A stretch of DNA of 64,000 nt from an uncultured Lachnospiraceae bacterium (GTDB taxonomy: Bacteria > Bacillota > Clostridia > Lachnospirales > Lachnospiraceae). The DNA lies in NCBI GenBank assembly GCA_947168155.1, contig CAMVKW010000006.1, positions 10,313 to 74,312 of the forward strand, written 5' to 3'. Under the pieces are notes generated by a model, which was not told the origin of the DNA, made no database searches, and saw only the letters and a program-made list of their open reading frames with translations. The translations under genes and the position numbers were made by a program. Below, piece by piece: positions 30,848 to 39,675 of the stretch (the stretch's first letter is position 1; each line of letters opens with the position of its first letter).

Positions 30848-31702
30848 ATGAACGCTAGAGAAGTATTAAAAGACAAAAGAAGAATAGTTATAAAGGTTGG
30901 TTCATCTTCACTTGTACATCAGGAAACTGGTGAGCTGGATTTTATGAAGATAGAGAAGATGATCCGTCTTATAAGTGATATCAAGAATCAGGGAAAGGAT
31001 GTTGTTCTTGTTTCTTCAGGAGCTGTTTCAGTAGGTAGAAGAATATTGGGACTTCAGAAGAGACCTGAAATTCTTTCAATGATTCAGGCTTGTGCGGCTC
31101 TTGGTCAGGGAGAACTTATGATGCTTTATCAAAAGCTCTTCATGGAATATAACCATAAGGCAGCTCAGGTACTGCTTACATTTGATGTTATTACAAATGA
31201 TGAAAGAAGAAAGAATGCTGAGAATACTCTTAAACAGCTTCTTGATCTTGATATAGTTCCAATCGTAAATGAGAACGATACAGTTGCTACTGATGAGATT
31301 GAATTTGGTGATAATGATACACTTTCAGCTATCGTTGCAACTCTTATCGGTGCTGATATGCTGATTCTTCTTACAGACATAGATGGATTCTATACTGATG
31401 ATCCTCGTAAGAATCCACACGCCAAGAGACTTTCAGTTGTTGATAAGATTGATGATTCTCTTAAGGATATGGCTAAGGGTACTGTTACAAGATATGGAAC
31501 AGGCGGTATGTATACTAAGATTGCCGCTGCTCGTATTGCATGTCATGCAGGTTCGGATGTAGCTATTCTTGAGTCATCTGATATGGAGATAATCCATCAG
31601 CTTCTTAATGGTGATGATGTTGGTACACTTTTTGTTAACGACACATCTACTGATTTTGATATTATTGAATTTATTAAGAATAAGGAATACTTAGACAAAT
31701 AA
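30848..31702 (+). CDS. proB: Glutamate 5-kinase (no PUA domain)
   Basis: 284-aa amino-acid-kinase fold (VIKVGSSSL, NENDTVA). No proA lies adjacent. Confidence 0.9.
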   Translation: MNAREVLKDKRRIVIKVGSSSLVHQETGELDFMKIEKMIRLISDIKNQGKDVVLVSSGAVSVGRRILGLQKRPEILSMIQACAALGQGELMMLYQKLFMEYNHKAAQVLLTFDVITNDERRKNAENTLKQLLDLDIVPIVNENDTVATDEIEFGDNDTLSAIVATLIGADMLILLTDIDGFYTDDPRKNPHAKRLSVVDKIDDSLKDMAKGTVTRYGTGGMYTKIAAARIACHAGSDVAILESSDMEIIHQLLNGDDVGTLFVNDTSTDFDIIEFIKNKEYLDK

Positions 31703-31732
31703 TTATTCTCTTTGGAGAAGGGGGTATTTGTT

Positions 31733-32761
31733 ATGGAAGGTACAGGTTTAGTTCTATCCGGTGGTGGCGGAAAAGGCATTTACCAGGTAGGGATACTTAA
31801 ATCACTTGCTGCAGCAGGTTTACTGGATGATGTGGTTGCAGTATCTGGTTCTTCTATTGGTGGTATAAATGCAGTCCTCTTTGCTGAAGGTGTTGCAGAG
31901 GGTGGTGTAAGCCGTGCGATAGAGCAGATGGAAGAGGTCTGGAATGAGATTGACCTTGGGGTTATATTCAACTTTGACTATTCAAAGATCCAGGCTGGAG
32001 ATATGCATTTCTCCAGAAAAAAGACTGAAGAATTAATAGATAAGTATCTTACTTATGATCTTTTTAAAACAACAGAAGATAAGTCGATGATGCCGATTTT
32101 TGTTACTGGTGCCAGATGTCCTGAAGGTATAGTTTCTTCTGAACAGGTTACTCAGGAAGAGATGAAGCTTATAATGTCTGCTTCTGTGGAAGATACATAC
32201 AGAGATTATGCGATAGAATACTTTAAGCTTAATGATCAGGATAATGGTTTTATTAGGTCGGCTCTTCTTGCTACAACATCACTGCCTGTTATTTTTTCAC
32301 CAGTTGATGTAAATGGAAGTCTTTATGTAGATGGTGGAATGAAGGATAATTCGCCTATTAAGCCTCTTTATGACCTTGGAATCAGACGCTTTATCGTTGT
32401 TGAACTAAGTACAACAACATATGTAAAAGATATGAATGCATTTGCTGATGCAGAGATTATAGACATCTTATCCAGTGTTGATCTGGGACAGCTGCTTAGT
32501 GGAACGCTTAATTTTGATAAACAGGATCTGGCATTTAAGAAGACACTAGGTGAGCTTGACGGAAAGCGTTATATCAAGACTCTTTTTGAAAAGGATGAGG
32601 CTTATATAGCAATGGAGAAACAGCTTGCTAAGATGGATTATGATCATGCACTCCAGATGCAAAAATTTAATTCCAATTATGATTCTTTAAGTAGTACGGT
32701 TAATGACAGGTTTGACTATATTAAGAACCTTGAAGAATCATTAAAGAAATACGATATTTAA
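31733..32761 (+). CDS. Patatin-like phospholipase
   Basis: Carries the GGGGKG oxyanion loop, the GSSIGG (GxSxG) motif and the DGG catalytic Asp motif. ATG 31733 follows GGAGAAGGGGG. Confidence 0.85.
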   Translation: MEGTGLVLSGGGGKGIYQVGILKSLAAAGLLDDVVAVSGSSIGGINAVLFAEGVAEGGVSRAIEQMEEVWNEIDLGVIFNFDYSKIQAGDMHFSRKKTEELIDKYLTYDLFKTTEDKSMMPIFVTGARCPEGIVSSEQVTQEEMKLIMSASVEDTYRDYAIEYFKLNDQDNGFIRSALLATTSLPVIFSPVDVNGSLYVDGGMKDNSPIKPLYDLGIRRFIVVELSTTTYVKDMNAFADAEIIDILSSVDLGQLLSGTLNFDKQDLAFKKTLGELDGKRYIKTLFEKDEAYIAMEKQLAKMDYDHALQMQKFNSNYDSLSSTVNDRFDYIKNLEESLKKYDI

Positions 32762-32800
32762 GAAGTACTATATTAAAAAAACTATGTAACGAGGTATGAA

Positions 32801-34270
32801 ATGAAAGTATTAGAAGGACAGGAACCAGCATCGGTTCTAGGATTTTTTGAGGAGTTATGTGGCATCCCACATGGTTCAACAAACACAAAACAAATAAGTG
32901 ATTACATTGTGCAGTTCGCTAAGGATAGAGGACTTGATTATTATCAGGATGATATGAACAATGTTATTATCTATAAGGACGCTAATCTTCCAAATGGTGG
33001 TGAAGCGTCAGAGCCAATTATTCTTCAGGGCCATATTGATATGGTATGCGAGAAGGAAGCTGGTTTTGAGTTTGATTTTGAGAAAGAGGGACTTAGGCTT
33101 CGTTGTGATAATGGAGTTATAAGTGCTGAAGGAACAACTCTTGGTGCTGATGACGGAATTGGTGTTGCTTATATGATGGCAATTCTTGATAGCGACAAGA
33201 TTGTTCATCCACCTCTTGAGTGCGTTTTCACAGTAGATGAAGAGATTGGAATGCTAGGTGCTGCTGGTCTCGATATGACAAAACTTAAGGGTAAAACTCT
33301 TATGAATATTGATTCTGAGGATGAAGGACATCTGCTCGTTTCCTGTGCAGGTGGAGCACTCGTACAGATGAAATTTCCTATAAAAAGAAGAGGAGCCCAG
33401 GGAAAACGTTACAAGATTTCTGTAAGTGGTCTTCTTGGTGGTCATTCAGGAATTGAGATTGATAAGGGCAGAGCTAATGCTGATATGCTGCTTGCCAGAG
33501 TTCTAAGAGACCTTCTTTTTGTAGATGACAGCCTTCGTATTATTTCTATTCAAGGTGGATTTAAGGATAATGCCATTCCTTCTGCTGCAGAGGCTATAAT
33601 TGTTGCAAAGGATTATGATGGAATCCTTGCTGCACTTGAAGATACAGATATGGATATCAGATCAGAATATGCAGAAACTGATCCTGGAATTCAGATTAAA
33701 TGTGAGCCACTCACTTCTGAGGAAGAAGAGAACTATAGTGGGGTTTATCCACTTGATGAGATGGTTAATCTTTCGCTTGTGATGGCATTTAGTAGTCTTC
33801 CAAATGGTATTCAGACAATGAGTAAGGATATTGAGGGATTAGTTCAGACTTCACTTAACCTTGGTATACTCGAGACTCATGATGATTCAATAGAAATGTC
33901 TTTCTGTGTGAGAAGTAGTGTTGAAAGCGAGAAGGAAGAGTTGATAGAACAGCTTTCGCTTATCTGTAAATCTGCAGGCGGAACTATTGATGTTTCTGGA
34001 CCTTATCCTGCATGGGAATATAAGGCGGATTCAAGGCTTCGCGATATAATGACAAGTACTTACGAAAAGATGTTTAATAAGCCTATGATCGTTGAGGCTG
34101 TGCACGCTGGTGTAGAGTGTGGTATTTTTGCAGGTGCTATTAGTGGGATTGACGCAGTTTCATTTGGACCTGATATTCTGGATATACATACACCAAAAGA
34201 GATGATGTATGTAGACAGCGTTGAGAGGACATGGAACTTTATCGTTGAAGTACTTGGACAGTTAGTTTAG
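32801..34270 (+). CDS. pepD: Aminoacyl-histidine dipeptidase (M20 family)
   Basis: 489 aa with the motifs LQGHIDMV, GADDGIGVA and TVDEEIGMLGA. Confidence 0.9.
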   Translation: MKVLEGQEPASVLGFFEELCGIPHGSTNTKQISDYIVQFAKDRGLDYYQDDMNNVIIYKDANLPNGGEASEPIILQGHIDMVCEKEAGFEFDFEKEGLRLRCDNGVISAEGTTLGADDGIGVAYMMAILDSDKIVHPPLECVFTVDEEIGMLGAAGLDMTKLKGKTLMNIDSEDEGHLLVSCAGGALVQMKFPIKRRGAQGKRYKISVSGLLGGHSGIEIDKGRANADMLLARVLRDLLFVDDSLRIISIQGGFKDNAIPSAAEAIIVAKDYDGILAALEDTDMDIRSEYAETDPGIQIKCEPLTSEEEENYSGVYPLDEMVNLSLVMAFSSLPNGIQTMSKDIEGLVQTSLNLGILETHDDSIEMSFCVRSSVESEKEELIEQLSLICKSAGGTIDVSGPYPAWEYKADSRLRDIMTSTYEKMFNKPMIVEAVHAGVECGIFAGAISGIDAVSFGPDILDIHTPKEMMYVDSVERTWNFIVEVLGQLV

Positions 34271-34303
34271 CTTTTAATTGTTTATTTATAAAGGTTATAA
34301 AGT

Positions 34304-35164
34304 ATGTATTTGGAAGTGTTTAAAGATATAAATATAATAACAGGTGATGATATAAGTAAGTGGATCAATGGAAAGGGTATTTCTTTACTTGATTATCTGC
34401 TTAAATTTCTGATTGCACTTATTGTATATGTTATCGTAAGTAAGATACTTAAGAAGGTTGTAAAAGCGATTTCAAGCAGGCTGGATACTCGTGGCGTAGA
34501 TCCCATTGCAAGCAGGTTTATTCTGAATCTTATTAAGTATGGTATTCAGATTTTTATCATTGTTACGATTATCTCTAAGCTTCATATCGTTGAGATTACA
34601 TCTATCGCGGCTCTTATTGCATCAGCTGGTGTTGGTATTTCACTTGCTATGCAGGGCGCTCTTTCAAATTTTGCTGGTGGAGTTCTTCTTCTTGTGATCA
34701 GGCCTTTTAAGAAGGGTGATTATATAGAAATTCCTAATGCAAATGTTGAAGGTGTGGTTGAAGAGATAGCTATTTATTATACAACCATAAAGACGGTTTT
34801 CGGAGAGGTTATAAAAATTCCTAATTCACAGCTTACAAATAACTCTGTTAAAAATCGTTCCGGAGATGATAAGAGGGCACTTGTTATTAACGTAGATGTT
34901 GGCTATGATACGGATATTGATAAGGCCAGAGCTATTGTTATGGAGCTTATTAAGTCTGAGGAAAATATAATTAATGGAACGGAAAATGTATTCGTAGATG
35001 AGCTTGGTGCTCACGGCGTTAAGCTTGGTATATTTGGCATGGTTCCGGTTACAAGTTATATTGCTGTTAAACGTTCCCTTAATGAGAAGATACTTAATGC
35101 ATTTAGAAAAAATGATATTGAAATACCATTTAACAAGCTTGATGTAACGTTATTAAATAAGTAA
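34304..35164 (+). CDS. Small-conductance mechanosensitive channel (MscS family)
   Basis: 286 aa with three N-terminal TM helices followed by the MscS beta-domain motif PFKKGDYIEI. Confidence 0.88.
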   Translation: MYLEVFKDINIITGDDISKWINGKGISLLDYLLKFLIALIVYVIVSKILKKVVKAISSRLDTRGVDPIASRFILNLIKYGIQIFIIVTIISKLHIVEITSIAALIASAGVGISLAMQGALSNFAGGVLLLVIRPFKKGDYIEIPNANVEGVVEEIAIYYTTIKTVFGEVIKIPNSQLTNNSVKNRSGDDKRALVINVDVGYDTDIDKARAIVMELIKSEENIINGTENVFVDELGAHGVKLGIFGMVPVTSYIAVKRSLNEKILNAFRKNDIEIPFNKLDVTLLNK

Positions 35165-35205
35165 GTTATAAATAGTGATTTGCATATTAAAGAACAGGTT
35201 ATTAC

Positions 35206-36210
35206 ATGGAACAGAATATTACTTTAACACCTGATCTTGATGATATTGGTGTAAGACTGGACAAATACATATCAGAAGAACTTGAAGAAGTATCCCGCTC
35301 CTATATCAAGAAACTTCTTGATAAGGGACATATTTCGGTTCTTGGTTCTGATGGCACTGAGAGGCGTATAAAAGCCTCTTATTTGCTTTCTGAGGGTGAT
35401 ACAGTAAATCTTACCCTCCCTGAGCCTGAGAAACTTGAAATCCTTCCTGAGAATATTCCTTTGGATATTGTTTTCGAGGATGATGACATTATAGTTGTTA
35501 ATAAGCCGCAGGGGATGGTTGTTCATCCCGCTCCTGGTAATTATATAGGTACTCTTGTTAATGCTCTGATGTACCACTCTGGTGATTCGCTTTCATCTAT
35601 TAATGGTGTGGAACGTCCTGGTATTGTGCACCGTATTGATAAGGATACCAGTGGACTTCTTGTTATTTGCAAAACGAATCTTGCTCATCAGAGTCTGGCT
35701 GAGCAGTTTGCTGACCATAGTATACATAGGATTTATAGCTGTATTGTTTATAATTATTTTGACATAGATAAGATGGAGAGACTTGAGAAAGGAAACGATG
35801 ATATTCCTGATGCAGTATTTCCAGAAGGACTAAATGAAGTTTATACTGACGTGGTCAGGAAAAATATTGCCCGTGCTAAGAATGATAGAAAGCGCATGGC
35901 TATTGATCCAGATGGTAGAAGAGCAGTGACTCATATTTATCTCCAAAAGAATTTAAAAGATAACTTTGCATATGTTAAATGCAAGCTTGAAACGGGACGT
36001 ACTCATCAGATAAGAGTACATCTTACCAGTATAAGTCATCCGCTTCTGGGAGATCCGGTTTATGGACCAAAGAAGAGTCAGTTTAATCTTGCCGGGCAGG
36101 TTCTTCATGCAGGTACACTTGGATTTATACATCCTAGAACTAAGGAATATATTGAATTTAATTCGGAGCTTCCTGATTATTTTAAGAAATTGTTGGGTAT
36201 ATTAAGTTAG
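35206..36210 (+). CDS. rluD: RluA-family 23S rRNA pseudouridine synthase
   Basis: An S4-like N-terminus plus the catalytic motif HRIDKDTSGLL and the GRTHQIRVH motif. Confidence 0.9.
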   Translation: MEQNITLTPDLDDIGVRLDKYISEELEEVSRSYIKKLLDKGHISVLGSDGTERRIKASYLLSEGDTVNLTLPEPEKLEILPENIPLDIVFEDDDIIVVNKPQGMVVHPAPGNYIGTLVNALMYHSGDSLSSINGVERPGIVHRIDKDTSGLLVICKTNLAHQSLAEQFADHSIHRIYSCIVYNYFDIDKMERLEKGNDDIPDAVFPEGLNEVYTDVVRKNIARAKNDRKRMAIDPDGRRAVTHIYLQKNLKDNFAYVKCKLETGRTHQIRVHLTSISHPLLGDPVYGPKKSQFNLAGQVLHAGTLGFIHPRTKEYIEFNSELPDYFKKLLGILS

Positions 36211-36216
36211 GTTTTT

Positions 36217-37227
36217 ATGAATAAAGAAGAAGCAAAAAAATTAATAGATACTAATTACCAGGGCATTCATAGTTCTAAAAATGTCACCCTGAATATTGAT
36301 GATGGTGTTCCGTTTATTCAGGTTGAGGGATTTTCAGATATGTCCTTTATCCAGCACGGCTTTACTACAAGGCTTGGTGGAGTCAGCAAAGGGATTTATG
36401 AGTCGCTGAATATGGGACTACATCTTGATGATGAAAAAGAAGATGTAATGGAGAACTATCAGAGACTTGGTGCCACAATGGGCTTTGACTATACTCGTAT
36501 GTCCGCTCCAAATCAGGTTCATAAGTCAAACATTCTGGTTGTTGAAGAAAAGGATGCTGGAGATGGCATTTCCAGAGATCTAAGCCATTTCGAAATTGAT
36601 GCTCAGATCACAAATGTAAAGAACATACCGCTTATTGTTTATACAGCTGATTGTGTGCCTATACTTCTGGCAGATCCTGTCAGCCGTGTAATTGGTACGG
36701 TTCATGCGGGATGGAGAGGTACTGTAGATGCCATTGCCGCTAAAACAGTTGAGAAGATGAGTGAGGTTTATGGCTGTCTGCCTGAAAATATCCACGCTAT
36801 AATAGGTCCTTCTATTGGTCCTGAGAATTATGAGGTGGATGAAACTGTTATTAAAGCAATGGTGGAATGTCCTTACCTTGATACAACTGAGGATAATGTT
36901 ACTTTTGAACCACTTCAGAATGATGATTTTAAATATATCATTCATTCCGGAAGTGTTTATAGAGAAGGAATGCCAGCTGAATATAAGGGTATAACACTTA
37001 CAAGACTGGGTGTTCCGTATGAGATATTCAGGACAGTAAAGATCAGGGACAGATATATGCTTAATCTCTGGAATCTGAACGAACTGATCCTTGTAAATGC
37101 TGGTCTTAAATCCAGAAATATTTACCAGACAAAACTTTGTACAATGAAATATCATGATATCTTCTTCTCTCATCGCTATACAAACGGTAGAAGAGGGCTA
37201 AATGCAGGTATTATAGTTATTAAATAA
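36217..37227 (+). CDS. pgeF: YfiH/PgeF family (DUF152) purine nucleoside phosphorylase / laccase-domain protein
   Basis: Carries QVHKSNI, TADCVPI and HAGWRGT motifs. At 336 aa it is longer than I recall for this family. Confidence 0.8.
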   Translation: MNKEEAKKLIDTNYQGIHSSKNVTLNIDDGVPFIQVEGFSDMSFIQHGFTTRLGGVSKGIYESLNMGLHLDDEKEDVMENYQRLGATMGFDYTRMSAPNQVHKSNILVVEEKDAGDGISRDLSHFEIDAQITNVKNIPLIVYTADCVPILLADPVSRVIGTVHAGWRGTVDAIAAKTVEKMSEVYGCLPENIHAIIGPSIGPENYEVDETVIKAMVECPYLDTTEDNVTFEPLQNDDFKYIIHSGSVYREGMPAEYKGITLTRLGVPYEIFRTVKIRDRYMLNLWNLNELILVNAGLKSRNIYQTKLCTMKYHDIFFSHRYTNGRRGLNAGIIVIK

Positions 37228-37241
37228 TTGGGGTATTAGAG

Positions 37242-39620
37242 ATGAAGAGAAATGTAGCATTTCATAGAAAGAGAGCAGAAGAGTTTTTATCAAAGCTTAG
37301 CTTTGATGAGATGGTTTTGATCAGGACAGGTTATCCTGAGGATAAGAAGAAAATTGGTGTTCCATATATTGATTTTCCTGGTGAGGCAGCTCATGGTGCT
37401 CAGGCCAGACATGATCAGAATTTCGATTTTGGAGAGCCGGTTCCAGCAACCACATTTCCAACTGCAATCGGAATGGTTTCTTCATTTGATAAGAATCTAA
37501 TGCGACAGATTGGAAGAGTTGTTGGTACAGAGCTAAGATGTATGCTTAACGAGCATAAACATTTTGGTATTCTTGGTCTTGCTCCAACTGTAGATATGGA
37601 ACGTGACCCTAGATGGGGTCGAAATGAAGAGGGATACGGAGAGGATCCTCGTCTTGCCGCAATGATGGGTGGAGAGTATGTAATTGGTATGGAAGGCGAA
37701 GATCCTCAGTATATAATCTCGGCATCAACCCTAAAACATTTCTACGGCAACAACTACGAAAATGAAAGATATTATGCAAATAGTGAAATGCCACTTGATT
37801 TGAAAGAGGATTACTATCTCAGGGTATTCAAAGAGATTATTGAATATTCTCATCCCCTTTCTGTAATGTCTGCATATAATCAGATAAATGGTGTTACCTG
37901 TACATTTAATCCTGAGAATAAAGAGCTTTTAAAGAAATGGGGAGTTCCATTTATTGTTTCAGATGCATTCACCCTGGAATATGCTGTAACTCAGCAGCAT
38001 ACAGCTAAAGACGGTGCAGATGCAGTAAGGAAGGCTCTTGATGCTGGTGTAGATATGTTCTTTGAAAAGCCAGAATTTGAGGCGCAGGCAGTTGTGAGTG
38101 CATTTCAGAATGGCATTATTAATGAAAAAGATATAAAAGAAACTCTTATAAATAAACTTACTGTTTATTCAATGCTCGGGCTTTTGCCAGATGATATGGA
38201 CGAGGATGGCTGTTCTAAACTATTCCCTATGAGCGAATACAATATGTCCAAGGTTGATACAGAAGAATCAAGACAGCTTGCCAGACGTTCACAGGCTGAG
38301 TCAGTTGTTCTTTTAAAGAATGATGGAATGCTTCCTCTTAAAGATAATAAGAATACATTTGCCTTTGGTCCATTTTCTGATTATGCACCAATGGACTGGT
38401 ACAGTTCTGTTCCAAGCTATAAGGTTACTGTAAGCGAGGGAATGGTCGTTGGTTCAGATAATCTTTGTCCAAAGGTAAAGCTTAGATTTAAAGATAAAAA
38501 TGGCGAAATGCATTTTGCAACTATAAAAAATAAGGAAATAGTTCCAGCAGATGAAAGCACTGCTGAAGTTTTTGAGATAATGCTGTGGGATGACTCTCGA
38601 ATTACTCTGAAGTCCACAACTTCTGGTAAATATATGTCTACAATGTCCCCTGATATAAAGTTTGTTAATGCTGAAGAAAAGGCTGAATTCTTCTGGTTAT
38701 ATGAAAGAAATGAGGAAATCTTCAGCTGGTTCGTAAATGAAGCTTTTATTCTTATTGATGACAAGGGTGAAACAGTTCGTTTTAATAATGAAAATTCCCT
38801 CAGGTTCTGGGAAGATTCCAGAATTAGCGGAATTAAAAATGTAGATGGAGAGTTGGAAGTAGAGTTCGTTACTGTATCAGACGTAGACTCAGCTTTAGAA
38901 AATGCAATCCTAGATAATAATCTTGATTCTGAAACAAATATTCTTGCCTGCTTTGGTCTTCATCCACTTGTAAATTGCAGGGAGGACAGAGACAGGGATT
39001 CTATTGAGCTTCCTCCATTCCAGAGAGCAGTTCTAAGAATACTCAGGGAGAGATTTAATAATATAGCCTTTCTAGTTATGGCAAATGGACCTGTGGCAAT
39101 TCTAGAGGAGGCAAGTGATCCAGAAGTAAAATGTATTCTTTGGACAGCAATGGGTTGTCAGGAGCTAGGAAATGGTCTTGCAGATGTGATAATGGGACGA
39201 GTTAGTCCTTCAGGAAGACTTCCTCAGACATGGTATACAGGAGATGATCAGCTTGGAGATATCAGAGATTACGATATCAGAAAGAACAAGATGACATATC
39301 TCTATATGGAAGATAAGCCTTTATATAGATTTGGCTTCGGACTTACTTATTCTAAGTTTGAAAGCGAGCTTGTAGCCGTAAAAGATTCGGATTCCTTTAC
39401 TGGAAAAGAATTTGAAGTTGCTGTTAATAATGTTGGTGATGTAACTTCTGATTACGTGGTTCAGATTTATCAGTCAAAGGATGGAGATTTCTATCTTTAT
39501 GGTGATAACGAAGATGGACTGGATGTAAATGGGCGTAAGATACCTATCGAAAGTAAGCTTGTTGCTTTTGAGAGGGTTCATGGTATAAAACCAGGGGAGA
39601 GAGTTAATATATCATTTTAA
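37242..39620 (+). CDS. Glycoside hydrolase family 3 (beta-glucosidase/xylosidase-like), no signal peptide
   Basis: 792 aa with the GH3 motif VDMERDPRWGRNEEGYGEDP, KHFYGNN, a putative nucleophile region IVSDAF, and an inserted beta-rich domain (about aa 400-545). Confidence 0.88.
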   Translation: MKRNVAFHRKRAEEFLSKLSFDEMVLIRTGYPEDKKKIGVPYIDFPGEAAHGAQARHDQNFDFGEPVPATTFPTAIGMVSSFDKNLMRQIGRVVGTELRCMLNEHKHFGILGLAPTVDMERDPRWGRNEEGYGEDPRLAAMMGGEYVIGMEGEDPQYIISASTLKHFYGNNYENERYYANSEMPLDLKEDYYLRVFKEIIEYSHPLSVMSAYNQINGVTCTFNPENKELLKKWGVPFIVSDAFTLEYAVTQQHTAKDGADAVRKALDAGVDMFFEKPEFEAQAVVSAFQNGIINEKDIKETLINKLTVYSMLGLLPDDMDEDGCSKLFPMSEYNMSKVDTEESRQLARRSQAESVVLLKNDGMLPLKDNKNTFAFGPFSDYAPMDWYSSVPSYKVTVSEGMVVGSDNLCPKVKLRFKDKNGEMHFATIKNKEIVPADESTAEVFEIMLWDDSRITLKSTTSGKYMSTMSPDIKFVNAEEKAEFFWLYERNEEIFSWFVNEAFILIDDKGETVRFNNENSLRFWEDSRISGIKNVDGELEVEFVTVSDVDSALENAILDNNLDSETNILACFGLHPLVNCREDRDRDSIELPPFQRAVLRILRERFNNIAFLVMANGPVAILEEASDPEVKCILWTAMGCQELGNGLADVIMGRVSPSGRLPQTWYTGDDQLGDIRDYDIRKNKMTYLYMEDKPLYRFGFGLTYSKFESELVAVKDSDSFTGKEFEVAVNNVGDVTSDYVVQIYQSKDGDFYLYGDNEDGLDVNGRKIPIESKLVAFERVHGIKPGERVNISF

Positions 39621-39623
39621 AAG

Positions 39624-39667
39624 TCAAGGCAGATGAGAATCATTCCCATCTGCCTTGATTTCCTTTT
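39624..39667. terminator. Bidirectional terminator between GH3 and the GGDEF gene
   Basis: A 12-bp perfect stem TCAAGGCAGATG/CATCTGCCTTGA is flanked by A/T tracts on both sides. Confidence 0.75.
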
Positions 39668-39675
39668 ACCTTAAT

